From contig NC_043012.1 of assembly GCF_006345805.1 (NCBI RefSeq), positions 13,888,001 to 13,952,000 of the forward strand: 64,000 bases of DNA, given 5' to 3'. Shown one piece after another: positions 53,331-64,000 of the stretch. Source of the stretch: Octopus sinensis. Taxonomy: Eukaryota. The notes under the pieces were generated by a model. It made no database searches and had not been told where the DNA came from. It saw only the letters and a list, made by a program, of their open reading frames with translations. The position numbers and the translations under genes were made by a program. Positions within the stretch are counted from its first letter, which is position 1, and each line of letters starts with the position of its first letter.

Positions 53331-56300
53331 GAAATGATCGTTGCATTCAACCGATAAATAGTTTCAAGTCACGTTACTATTCACATTATAGAAACTTGTA
53401 TATAGCGAGAAATATTCAGCAAGTTGTGTTCATTTGGCAATAAGTATACACTATGTATATATATACCATGTGTATGAAATAATTGAACGCGCTAATGAAA
53501 TCTGTATAGAAATATATATTTACTCTTGCTGTAATGTAAAGCAAGAATAAATTATAATGAAGTTGTCATATACAACAAATTACAATATCTTACTTATGAT
53601 AATAAAATGAAGAAAACACTTGACAGTTACATTCTACAATGAATGGAATAATTAGATTAAATCGGCGCAGCTTAAGTTGATCAAAAGAGGTCCTTCAACA
53701 AGTTGATGGATTAAATATTACGATATTGTAAAGTATTGTGTATTTTAATTATTTTTTTCCTTTACACGCTATTTTGTAATAATTGATGCGGTGTTAGTGT
53801 AATGGGAATGATATATCTTATTGAAAGTCTAGAATACTTAATGCGACAGCTGTCCTCCATGAGTACATACATCAATTGTTAGACGTAATTAAATCTGATA
53901 CTGTATTTATCAATTTACATTTGATAACTCCGTGTAATATTCTACATTGATTTTTCACACTTGTTTTGTAATCTTTCATCAAAACAATGCCAAGCTGGTT
54001 AAACATATTCTTCCATTGTAACAATACTTTGTTACATGTTGATGCAATTTTGTATGTTAAGGTATGTGTTTATAAGTATGTTTTCCATCACAGTCAAACC
54101 AATACTATTTTGTAGACAAGCTCCATTTTGTAAACTACTTCCAAAGAAAATTGTGTATCTCGAACATTGAATAAAGCGTATTACTAAATATTATCACAAA
54201 GGAACAGTTTTCGATCGATCTTAACAAATGTATATTTCTGTTACTGCGGAAAATATTTTGATTAAAGAAAGCATCTATAAACACAATGATTTCCTTAGCC
54301 AGTAAAATACTATTCATAGTATATTAATTTACTTCTTTCAATAATAACTAAGTTTAAGGAGAGATTGTATTTTGAGTAATAGAGAAATACTTTGATTTTA
54401 ATGCGGCGAATCGCCAGTCCTCAGAACGTGGAATACAATGTTTCGTAAAATTCGTATCAGCTGTCAAATTTTCTCATCTCAATGCTCATCGAGATCGACT
54501 TGGCAATCCAGTTCTGGGTTAAAAGCTTCGCCTCTCTCACTCACACACACACTCTCTCTCTCTCTCTGTTTCTCTCTCACTTGCTTTCTCTATTTTCCTC
54601 CTCGTTCTCCCTCCCTCTCTCTCCTAAAATTCCAAAGGCAACACATTTTACATATCTAAAGTAATTTCACATTTATTGTCGAAACGTAAACCATATGACC
54701 ATCCTAACAGTAAACAGATTTTAATCACTGAGGCACATTTTCAACACCGAGGTGCAGTCGACTGTATGCATGCACACTTTAAACTCGTGGTTATTTTATC
54801 GGTCCACACTCCAGGAGAGACCAAGTTCGGTTAGATATTATCCGTTCATTGGAATGAGGAAATTTATTCATATGAAATATTCATGAAACCGTTCTAATGC
54901 CTCCTGTTTTTAGATTTTCCCAAAAGGTTATTCCTTCCGGTGCTTCTCACAACCCACGAAATAAAACCTAGGTGACTTATGGGTGAGATCTTAAATATGC
55001 GCCATATATTATCTGAAGTAATATCTTTTAGGTAAAAATCGCTTTTATGAATGAAAGGAATATAGTTGAATTATTAATATCAGTAGTAACAAAAATTAGA
55101 ATTTTGCATTCCCACTTTACTTCTAAATTTGAATATTTGACAGAATAATGAAAGCAAACAGATTAACGCAGCGAAACCCAGAGGTAACTTAATGAAATAT
55201 CGGAATTTTCAAATCACAATAAAAATTCATTTAATGATTTTTGAGATTGAAATTTAATTAAATAGACATGATACAAATAGCAGCTTCCTATTCTATGAGG
55301 TTTAATAGTTTATTCATAAATCTCATTCAATTTCAATCAGAACATCCTTTTTTGTATACTGCTTCATTTCTTCTTTGTTACATCGTATATGTCAATTTCA
55401 GCGTTTGCTAAATCTTCTCACCTCCACATGGATTAGAAAATCACAATGTGACATTTATACAATCATTTTAAAAACATTAGCAATGCTAATGAATAGACAA
55501 CCATCAGGAATTGAATTCACCTGTTGAATTATTGATGAGTTTGGTTTTTCAATGATTTGTAGCCTAGATGTAAAACTTAAACCGTAGACGAAATCAACGA
55601 GAAATCAAATTAGAAATTGAAAAGTAAAACTGATTTCGCAGCAGCCCCAGTTCAAATATAATTGAAGATAGAAATACAATAAAATATTCTAAAATATTTC
55701 TCCAAGTTATTGATGAATTTTGGACGCCAAAGAGAATCTATCGTAAAATAATAGTGTCATTGTAAAGGATGAAACATTATATCAGTAAGTATTGGAAAAT
55801 GAACAGATTCATAATTTCAAAAGAGATTTATGTGTAGGAGTGAAATACAATGCATCGGCTTCGACCAAGAATGGAAAATCGTCAGATGGTTTCATTGCAC
55901 TGAATTGATCCTCTTACTTTGAGACTTTTCGAACACTAAACCATAAACTAACTTGATATGATTGAATTCAGATCTAAAGTAAAGGATTAGTCGATATTAC
56001 ATTTGATTGGAAGGAGATTGACATGCAAGTAGAGGGAAAGAAATGCCAAGGAAATTACATAATGATTTTATATAGTGTCACAAAATACATGATGCGATTT
56101 CGAAATAAGTGCTGAATTAACAAAAAAGTATGTGCGCCTGAGTATGTACGTGTATGTGTGTATGTGATTGAGCTGATGAGTGTGTGCATGCTGTAGCTAC
56201 TATGGCTGGATCAAATTCTATTTCGAGTAGTGTCTTTTTGCGGATATCTTTTAAATGATAGACGTGACACTTAAAGCTGTATATCGCATTTCTCATGGCT

Positions 56301-57123
56301 GAATGTGTACCAGAAACCGAAAATATTTGAAACACGTAAGCTGTTAATCATGCGCAAATAAAGAAAAATACTTTTAAAGGTATAAAAATTATGTTTTACA
56401 AACAATATTTGCAGTTAAATACATCATAAATATATGCAGAAAAGTTTGATTTAATAAGTTCTTTAACAGAACTTTATTTCATGAAATATTTAAACTTAAG
56501 ATCCCGGAGCTGTGTCATCTATCCTCTCCCCTTCTACCATATTATGAGTCCCAAAATTTGAGAATACATAGGCGAAAAACAGCCATACAATTAGACTCGA
56601 GATTTATTAATCAGAAATTTCTTTTTATAACAGAACATGAAATCAGAAAACAATGATTTAAGATACACAATGGAAAAAGACCTATTTCAAAGATTAAGCC
56701 TGAAGATGATAAAAGAAAATATTTTCATACTTCTAATGAAACGGGGAAGATTATTGAATTGAAAACATTTACACAATGTAAGATCATGTTCAGTGGCGCC
56801 TTTCATACTTTCTAAAGTTTTGTTTTTTTTTATCTCAAGTCGAAAATCATATTAAACTATTCGTGGAGGTTATGTACTGGAAGAGCCCACTTATATTTTT
56901 GCGATAAAACAAAACTTTCGCTTTAACATGGGATTGGTTAACAACAATTTCAAGGAATATGGGTGGCATGAAGTCTGAGACACCCAAGCACAATTAGAAA
57001 CGCAATGAACAGATAGGAAATATAAATTGCAGTTAAATATTGTACAGGAATATGAATGGTTAATTAGTTCTCTTTGAAACCACGTGGTCCTGTCCAAATT
57101 CGACTTGAGACACAAATATATTA

Positions 57124-57413
57124 ATGCCTTCTGAGTGAGGTAGCCAGACGAAAATAGTGTGGCAGTGTGTCATGTATGTATGTATGTATGTATGTATGTA
57201 TGTATGTATGTATGTATGTATGTATGTATGTATGTATGTATGTGTGTGTGTGTGTATGTATGTATGTATGCCTTCTGAGTGAGGTAGCCAGACGAAAATA
57301 GTGTGGCAGTGTGTCATGTATGTATGTATGTATGTATGTATGTATGTATGTATGTATGTATGCATGTATGTATGTATGTATGTATGTATGTATGTATGTA
57401 TGTGTATGTGTGA

Positions 57414-57490
<77 letters not shown>

Positions 57491-57500
57491 CAGACAGACA
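57124..57500. repeat. 144-bp tandem duplication of a 48-bp core plus (TATG)n, followed by (TAGA)n
   Basis: Identical core ATGCCTTCTGAGTGAGGTAGCCAGACGAAAATAGTGTGGCAGTGTGTC at 57124 and 57268. Confidence 0.95.
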
Positions 57501-58605
57501 AATATAAAAGTATTTATCTATATATGTGTGTTTGTGTTATGTGCGTACGTCTTTAATTTATAGATTCAAATATGTGTGCGTGCGCATGTGTTTGTGTGTG
57601 CGTGTGTTAGTTCTTGTCCACCACAACCGCTTTACAACCGGTGATAGTTTGTTTACGTACCGACGCTTTATCGATTTAGCAAAGTCACCAGGTTAAAAGT
57701 AGATACTGGGGCCTATTTGTTTGATATAACTCTTCAAGGCTGTATGCTGGTATGGCTGAAGTCCTTTCGCAGAAACAATCAAAAGATAAAAAGAAATCGT
57801 AGTAAAAGCAAGAAGAGACGAACACGCGGAGTTAAGGAGGAAAAGTCCAGTAATAGAGAAACTGGAAAGGGTTTAGATCTGAATCTAAGTTTTATTTTCT
57901 TACGTACGAACGCTTCGTGTCATTTTATCGTATCACAAAATCAATTTGCTTTGACTGCAGCTGATAACTTACCTGTGGGTGGCGAGCGAATCATTCTGTC
58001 CACAATTCTGTTATTTTCACTCGGTAAATAATTTAATTTCTAATCTCTTGCCGTTTTTCAATTTTGGTGTCCTTAATATCATGATTGCGCTTCCATATTT
58101 CTGACTTATCACTCTGCAGCTTTCTGGCTTCCTTGTATTTCTCATTTTATATCGCTACCATAGTGTCTGACCATCACACCTACACACAAGCACACACTAA
58201 AACACACATTCACACGCACAGACACACAAGTATGAAGATATGTACATATATACGTGAGTGCATGTATATATATTTTTTCATACCTGTATTTATCTATATT
58301 ACCATATGCACACTATTGTATATGTGCATTATAAGTATATGTACATTATTTAAAGAACTAGATCACTATCATTGCAACATACATTAAACACATTTACATA
58401 TTTATTACAAACTGGGAGATTTGCAATTTGTAATTTATATAACGCGGAATCATTATTCTATGGGTTCAATTAATCTCCTTATATATCACAAACAGATGTT
58501 GCTGGTTGCTACTGATAAATACATCGAAACTACGAAAATCTTTATGCGAATAATGTATTCGGCTTAAAGTTAAACAAGTCAAAATTGAAATTTTAGTATT
58601 ATATG

Positions 58606-58664
<59 letters not shown>

Positions 58665-58699
58665 ACTCGATATACACGAAACAATAGTGTATAGCAAAT

Positions 58700-58808
58700 A
58701 AGGCAGCGAACTGGCAGAAACGTTAGCACACTGGGCGAAATGCTTAGCGTTATTTCGTCTGTCTTTGGGTTCTGAGTTCAAATTACGCCGAGGTCGACTT
58801 TGGCATAA
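58700..58808 (+). mobile_element. SINE family C 5' fragment
   Basis: Head match. Confidence 0.85.
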
Positions 58809-59000
58809 CGGTCTTTTTTCATAGCGTTTTTCAGATGGCCAGATAGCCGAAGGGATGGTGTTGTGGATTTCCACCTCGTCATCTGAGTTTTATCTTGGCT
58901 ACCGAATAATTGTCACATATTATTTTACAGATAAATTTCCTCTATTTACATAATATTGAGGTCTCTTTCTTTCTTTTATTATCTTACCGTTTTTACCAAT

Positions 59001-59064
<64 letters not shown>

Positions 59065-59221
59065 GTATGCGTGTGTGTATATATGTATGTGTGCGTGTGA
59101 GAGATAGAGATAGTCAGACAGACAGATAAATCAGTGTCTTTGACTGTGCTTGTGTGTGTGTTTGTGTGTGCGTGCGTATCTCTGTACCTGTGTATAAACC
59201 ATGGCTGGCACACGAAACAAT

Positions 59222-59415
59222 AAGGCGGCGGACTGGCAGAAATGCTTAGCGTTATTTCGTCCGTCTTTGTGTTCTGAGTTCAAATTCCGACGAGGTCGAC
59301 TTTGCCATTTATCGTTTGGTGGTCGATAAATAAATACCAGTTGCGTAATGGGGTCGATCTAATCGATTGACCCCCTCCCACAGAATTCCGAGCTTTGTGT
59401 CTACAGTAGAACAGT
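59222..59415 (+). mobile_element. SINE family C, short copy
   Basis: Head with deletion plus tail GCTTTGTGTCTACAGTAGAA. Confidence 0.85.
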
Positions 59416-59538
59416 ATGTTGAATAGTAAATAAATTTATTGACCAGTTCAATTATGTCCACACCTATCTGACCTGCTAAAAGGTCATTTTTCACAGAAAT
59501 TTGCCGTGCAGAAAGAATTTTCATTTTTAAGCGAGGGC

Positions 59539-60833
59539 TACGAATTGGTCTCAAAAGATTCTCAGACTAGTTCTGTAGCACTCCAACAGATGGCAGCGCT
59601 CAGTTTCGGGTGCAGTGAGAGCTAGCATCGACTTTATTGAGGTAGTGTACTGTGTGATATCGCTGTATTTACTTCACAAGTTGTGAAGTATGTTTCTTTA
59701 TGTCTTTTGTGATTACGAGTATGCTGTAGTCTGCGATTTTGTGATGGACAGGCAGTTGGAATAAAAGGCCAATGCGAAATGTTGCGTTAAATAAGGGAAG
59801 CCTGCTACAGAGATATTCAGCATGCTTCGGCAAGCTTACGGTGACGAGGCCATGTGTCGTACGCAATGTATTTTGTGGCACAGGGGCTTCAAAAGCGAAA
59901 GGACGTCCCTGGAAGACGATGAGAGATCCAGAAGACCTGCTACGAGTGTCATCCCCGGAAACGTGAAGAAAATCTTTCAGCTTGTCCATGCAGTTCGTCA
60001 CCGGAAAATCAACGACAATGCTAATGCTGTTGGTCTGTCCTAGGGGCCCACGCAGGCAATTCTACCGCCTGAATCGAACATGCGGCGTACCTCCGCCAAG
60101 TGTGTTTCCCACCTTCTGACCATTAAGCAGAAAGAACAACGCATCGATGTCTGTGTAGATCTCTGTCAGCGGTATGCTGATGATCTATCCTTCATTTCGA
60201 AGATCCTCAGACGAAACAGCAGTAGTCACAGTTGAAGAGCCCGTCTCTTCAACGACCGAAGAAGTCACGACAGATCAGCAGCTCAATTAAGAGAAAGCTT
60301 TTTTTTTTTTATTCGACATCCGCGGTAATGTGCATCGAGAGTTCGTTCCTCGAGGCGAGACTGTTAATCGGGAGTTCTAGTGCGACATTTTGAATCGTTT
60401 GAGGGAGGACATTCGGGGAAAGCGACCAGATCTGTAAAGTGCAAAGCATTGGACTTTTCACGACGGCAATACATTCTGTCACCAAGCTCTTCTCACTCGT
60501 GAGTTTCCCGCCAAAAAACAACATGTTGTCCCTTCTGCATCCTCTCTATTCACCAAATTTACCAGATGCTTACTTCCATCTCTTCTCCAAGATTAAAATG
60601 AAGCTCAAAGTTGCTGTTATTCTGTCCTATGGGCCCTCGCCGTTTTAAGATTGTTGCCAATATCAAGATCGAAGCGTAGAAAGTTATCGGCTCGCTTACG
60701 GAAAATGACTACCAGGCTGAATTCCAAAAGTGACCGGAAGCTGGGACCAAACTATTGCTGCGGAAGAGATTGTTAAAACTTAGGCAAAAAAGTTATTTTT
60801 TATTAAACAACTAGTCCGGGAACTTCGATGTAT
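59539..60833 (+). mobile_element. Full-length decayed mariner transposon (~1.3 kb)
   Basis: ATG at 59744; MLRQAYGDEAM...SLEDDERSRRPATS, FVP.GETVN, HDGN, LYSPNLPDAYFHLF; imperfect TIR core AAG(A)TTC.C.GACTAGTT at both ends; many stops. Confidence 0.9.
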
Positions 60834-61375
60834 AAAACACCAAAGCCAGATTGTAGCACACCCCATGGACAAATGTACCAAAATGAGTCAAAAGCCCTTT
60901 CGTATTGCAAGTTTTAATTAATAGTCCATACAAATTACATACGAAAAGCGTTTATTCATCCAACTATCTCCATCATGGTCCACTGTTTGTGGCTCAAGTC
61001 AATATTTAAATGATTTGGCTTGTTTAGGAGTAAAATCTTCTTGCACCGATTTCAACCTCATCCATACAGTTGAACCTCTGTCCGTGCATAAAGTGAACCA
61101 TGGCTAAGAAAAGATGGTAATCTTGATGGTGTAAGGTCTTAGTTGCACACAGTGTGAAGCAGCACTTTGAGTCACTGAACTTCCTCATGTTTGCGCTTGG
61201 TCACATTGGCAGTGTGTGTGGGTTTTCTGTAAGCCTTAGGAGTGCGCGCGAGAAAGAGCTGTAGGAATGTAAGGAAACGCAGAAAATTTGAGAAGAAAGA
61301 ATGAGAGAAAAGAAGAAATTGGAAGTTACCTAGACGCAAGAGGAAGGATAGGCATACATGCATGCGTACACATAT

Positions 61376-62290
61376 ATGCGAGGGTCGGTTGAAAATTTCA
61401 TAAGCTGAACAGGATACGCTCATGGAAAGTAACCAAATGAGGCCCATTTTTTAACACCCCGCGCCTTCTTCACATCAGATTTGCAGTGCTTGGATCCCAA
61501 TGATGAAGGGGGTTTCACCCTGTTGGTCAGAAAAGCCAACAGCATCAGATATGGCATCATCATCACTGCAATATTGGATCCCAGCCATGTGTTTATTCAT
61601 GTTGGAGAGTTGGAGAACATATGAAAGTCAAATAGGACCAAATTAGGGTAATAGGGAGGGTGGTAGATCAGTTAAAGCCACAATCCATTGAAACAAAGGA
61701 ATCGATTGCTATAAAATTATCCTGATCATAAAAGACCACTTTCGTCAGTTTTCTTGGGTGTTTGTTTTTCATATCCTTTTGTAACAACCTCAACAAGTTG
61801 GCATAGTATTCTGTATTGATGGTGTGGCCCTTTGAAGATAGTCAATAGGCACAACGCCTTTGCATCCCAAAAAAAACTGAAGCCATCACTTTCTCTGCAG
61901 ATGAAACGACGCTGGCCACCGTCTTTAGAGTAGGTTGAGGAAGGATGATTCCACTACATGGATTGCTTCTTTATCTCTGGCCCAAAGTGATGAACCCAAC
62001 GCTTATCCTAGATTAGAAGATGGTCGACCTCAGATAATGTTAAATTTTCCCATAATATGATCCGCCTGCTGCGCTTTTAATCAGATGTAAGAAGACATAG
62101 TACTCACTGCGTAAAAATCTTTGTCGTGGCATGTTTATCGTGCAGACTATTCTCAAATCTCTCATGTGATATCTTAAGAGCATTGGTTATTTAATTTATA
62201 TTCAATCGCCTGTCATCCTTCACCATTTGGTGAGCACTGCAGGCGGCTTTTAAGCAAGTCTATGCCTTCTAAGCAACTGACCCTGAATAG
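61376..62290 (-). mobile_element. Mariner transposase remnant
   Basis: WVHHFGPE, VSSAEKVMASVFWDAKGVVPIDY, INTEYYANLLRLL, HPPYYPNL; TIR-like TATGCGAGGGTCGGTTGAAAATTTC. Confidence 0.88.
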
Positions 62291-62329
62291 TAAGATCTGC
62301 AAACAGATCTCTGACTTCTTTTAGAGAAT

Positions 62330-62790
62330 TAGTTGCAATTTCTTCCTCTAGGACCAATGATGATCATATTCGTCGCAAGAAATCACCAAAATCTCAAGAA
62401 ATTACCAAAATCATGAAATCGCCAAAATCAATCGCAGTAATGAAATTATAGGAATCTAAAATTTCAGGATTGCAGGTCTGTATTCGGCCAGGAATTTTCT
62501 TAATTTACTCATGGATTTAGCCTTTAGATTATAAAAATTGTTATCGCATAAAAAAATTTGTCGCAAAAGGCACGTAAAAAATCGGCGAAATATATCAGAG
62601 TAACGAAGACTTGGGAATCCAAAATTTCAGGATTGTGGATCCGGTTACGGTGTGGAATGTTTTTAATTTACTCACGGAGTCAGCCTGATTTCAAAATGAT
62701 ATATGTTGGACTACGACTTCTAGGAGTGAAGTTGCAAATGTGTGACACACTGATACACTGACTTTCACATTTATTATATCATATTATTAT
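62330..62790 (+). mobile_element. Possible non-autonomous Helitron-like element
   Basis: Internal direct repeats (62451-62523 vs 62614-62686) and a 3' end ACACTGACTTTCACATTTATTATA. Confidence 0.4.
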
Positions 62791-62793
62791 AGT

Positions 62794-63190
62794 AAGGCTA
62801 CGATCTGGCAGAATCGTTAGCACGCCGGGCGAAAAGCTTAGCGGTATTTCGGCTGCCGCTGCGTTCTGAGTTCAAGTTCCGCCGAGGTCAACTTTGCCTT
62901 TCATCCTTTCGGGTCGATAAATTAAGCACCAGCTACGCACTGGGGTCGATGTAATCGACTTAGTCCGTTCGTCTGTCTTTGTTTGTCCCCTCTGTGTTTA
63001 GCCCCTTGTGGGTAGTAAAGAAATAGGTATTCCGGCTGCCGTTATGTGCTTTGAGTTTGAATTCTAACGAGGTCGACTGTGCCTTTCATCCTTTTGGGGG
63101 TCAATAAAATTAGTACCAGTGTCGATGGAATCGACTTAATACCTTCCCCTAAAATTTGAGGCCTTGTGCTTCCAGTAAAAAGGATTTATT
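62794..63190 (+). mobile_element. SINE family C with 2 modules
   Basis: Aligns with the reverse complement of 43376-43775. Confidence 0.92.
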
Positions 63191-63273
63191 AAAGTTGAAA
63201 AAGTGACACACTGACATTCACATTTATTAGATATGTTTAATTTTGGGGATACTTTATTTCAATTAAAGTATAT

Positions 63274-63320
<47 letters not shown>

Positions 63321-63739
63321 TGTGTGTATGTGTGTGTGTGTGTGTGCGTGTGTGCGTGTGTGTGTATTAAAGAAGGCACAATATAAAACAAAAATGATAG
63401 GGTTCTGTATGTTGGCGACCGGTATTTCTGTCAAAAAGACATGGATAAACAAAATTGTACATCATCCCCTTTCTCTCGCACACACACCCTTTCTTTCTCT
63501 TTATTACTCCCACTACACTTCTACTTTTAATAACATCAACGTCATCAACTCTCCCTGGATTTCATTCTCTTTCTCTCCCTCTGTTTCCTTTCTCTCTCAC
63601 TATCTCTCTCTCTTTGCCACCATTCTAACCATCTCTATGTCTACTATAATCTTGCCCCATCATGAGTAATAGTAGGAGTGTCATTGAACATTGAGAGGGC
63701 GCGACTGTGACACAGAAACACAGAAATTAGTTTTCGAAT

Positions 63740-63820
63740 TTATTATATTACATTATATTATATTATATTATATTATATTATATAATATAATATTATATTA
63801 TATTGTATTATATTATATCA

Positions 63821-63856
<36 letters not shown>

Positions 63857-63900
63857 TGTATGTATGTATGTATGTATGTATGTATGTATGTATGTATGTA
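63740..63900. repeat. (TATTA)n and (TATG)n microsatellites
   Basis: Direct inspection. Confidence 0.95.
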
Positions 63901-64000
63901 GTCATTTCGGGAACTGTTCTGCTCTGTTACTCTAAATCGAGCATATTAAGCATGTGAAGTTTCACTTAAGTTCCGAATATTTATCTACCGAAGCCGATGA

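Overview
This is AT-rich, repeat-dense eukaryotic DNA. The SINE families and microsatellite load point to an octopus/cephalopod genome (inference from recognition, no search run). No host gene, rRNA, true tRNA or CRISPR array is supportable, and most ORF-track entries are translated (AT)n/(GT)n/(TATG)n microsatellites. The window is a graveyard of decayed mobile elements: Penelope-like elements (PLEs), CR1/L2-type, RTE, HERO and R4/Dong-type non-LTR fragments, four Tc1/mariner remnants, Helitron-like non-autonomous elements, three long-TIR foldback MITEs, three tRNA-derived SINE families and a 31-bp minisatellite. The most interesting signal is a set of minimal type I hammerhead ribozyme motifs with short, (near-)palindromic stem III. 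They lie at 11121-11204 (-), 15001-15052 (+) and 20391-20501 (+), with a partial copy near 12650. Two of them sit in inverted pseudo-LTRs flanking a Penelope ORF fragment, and one is in an ORF-less ~390-bp cassette. All alignments were done by eye.
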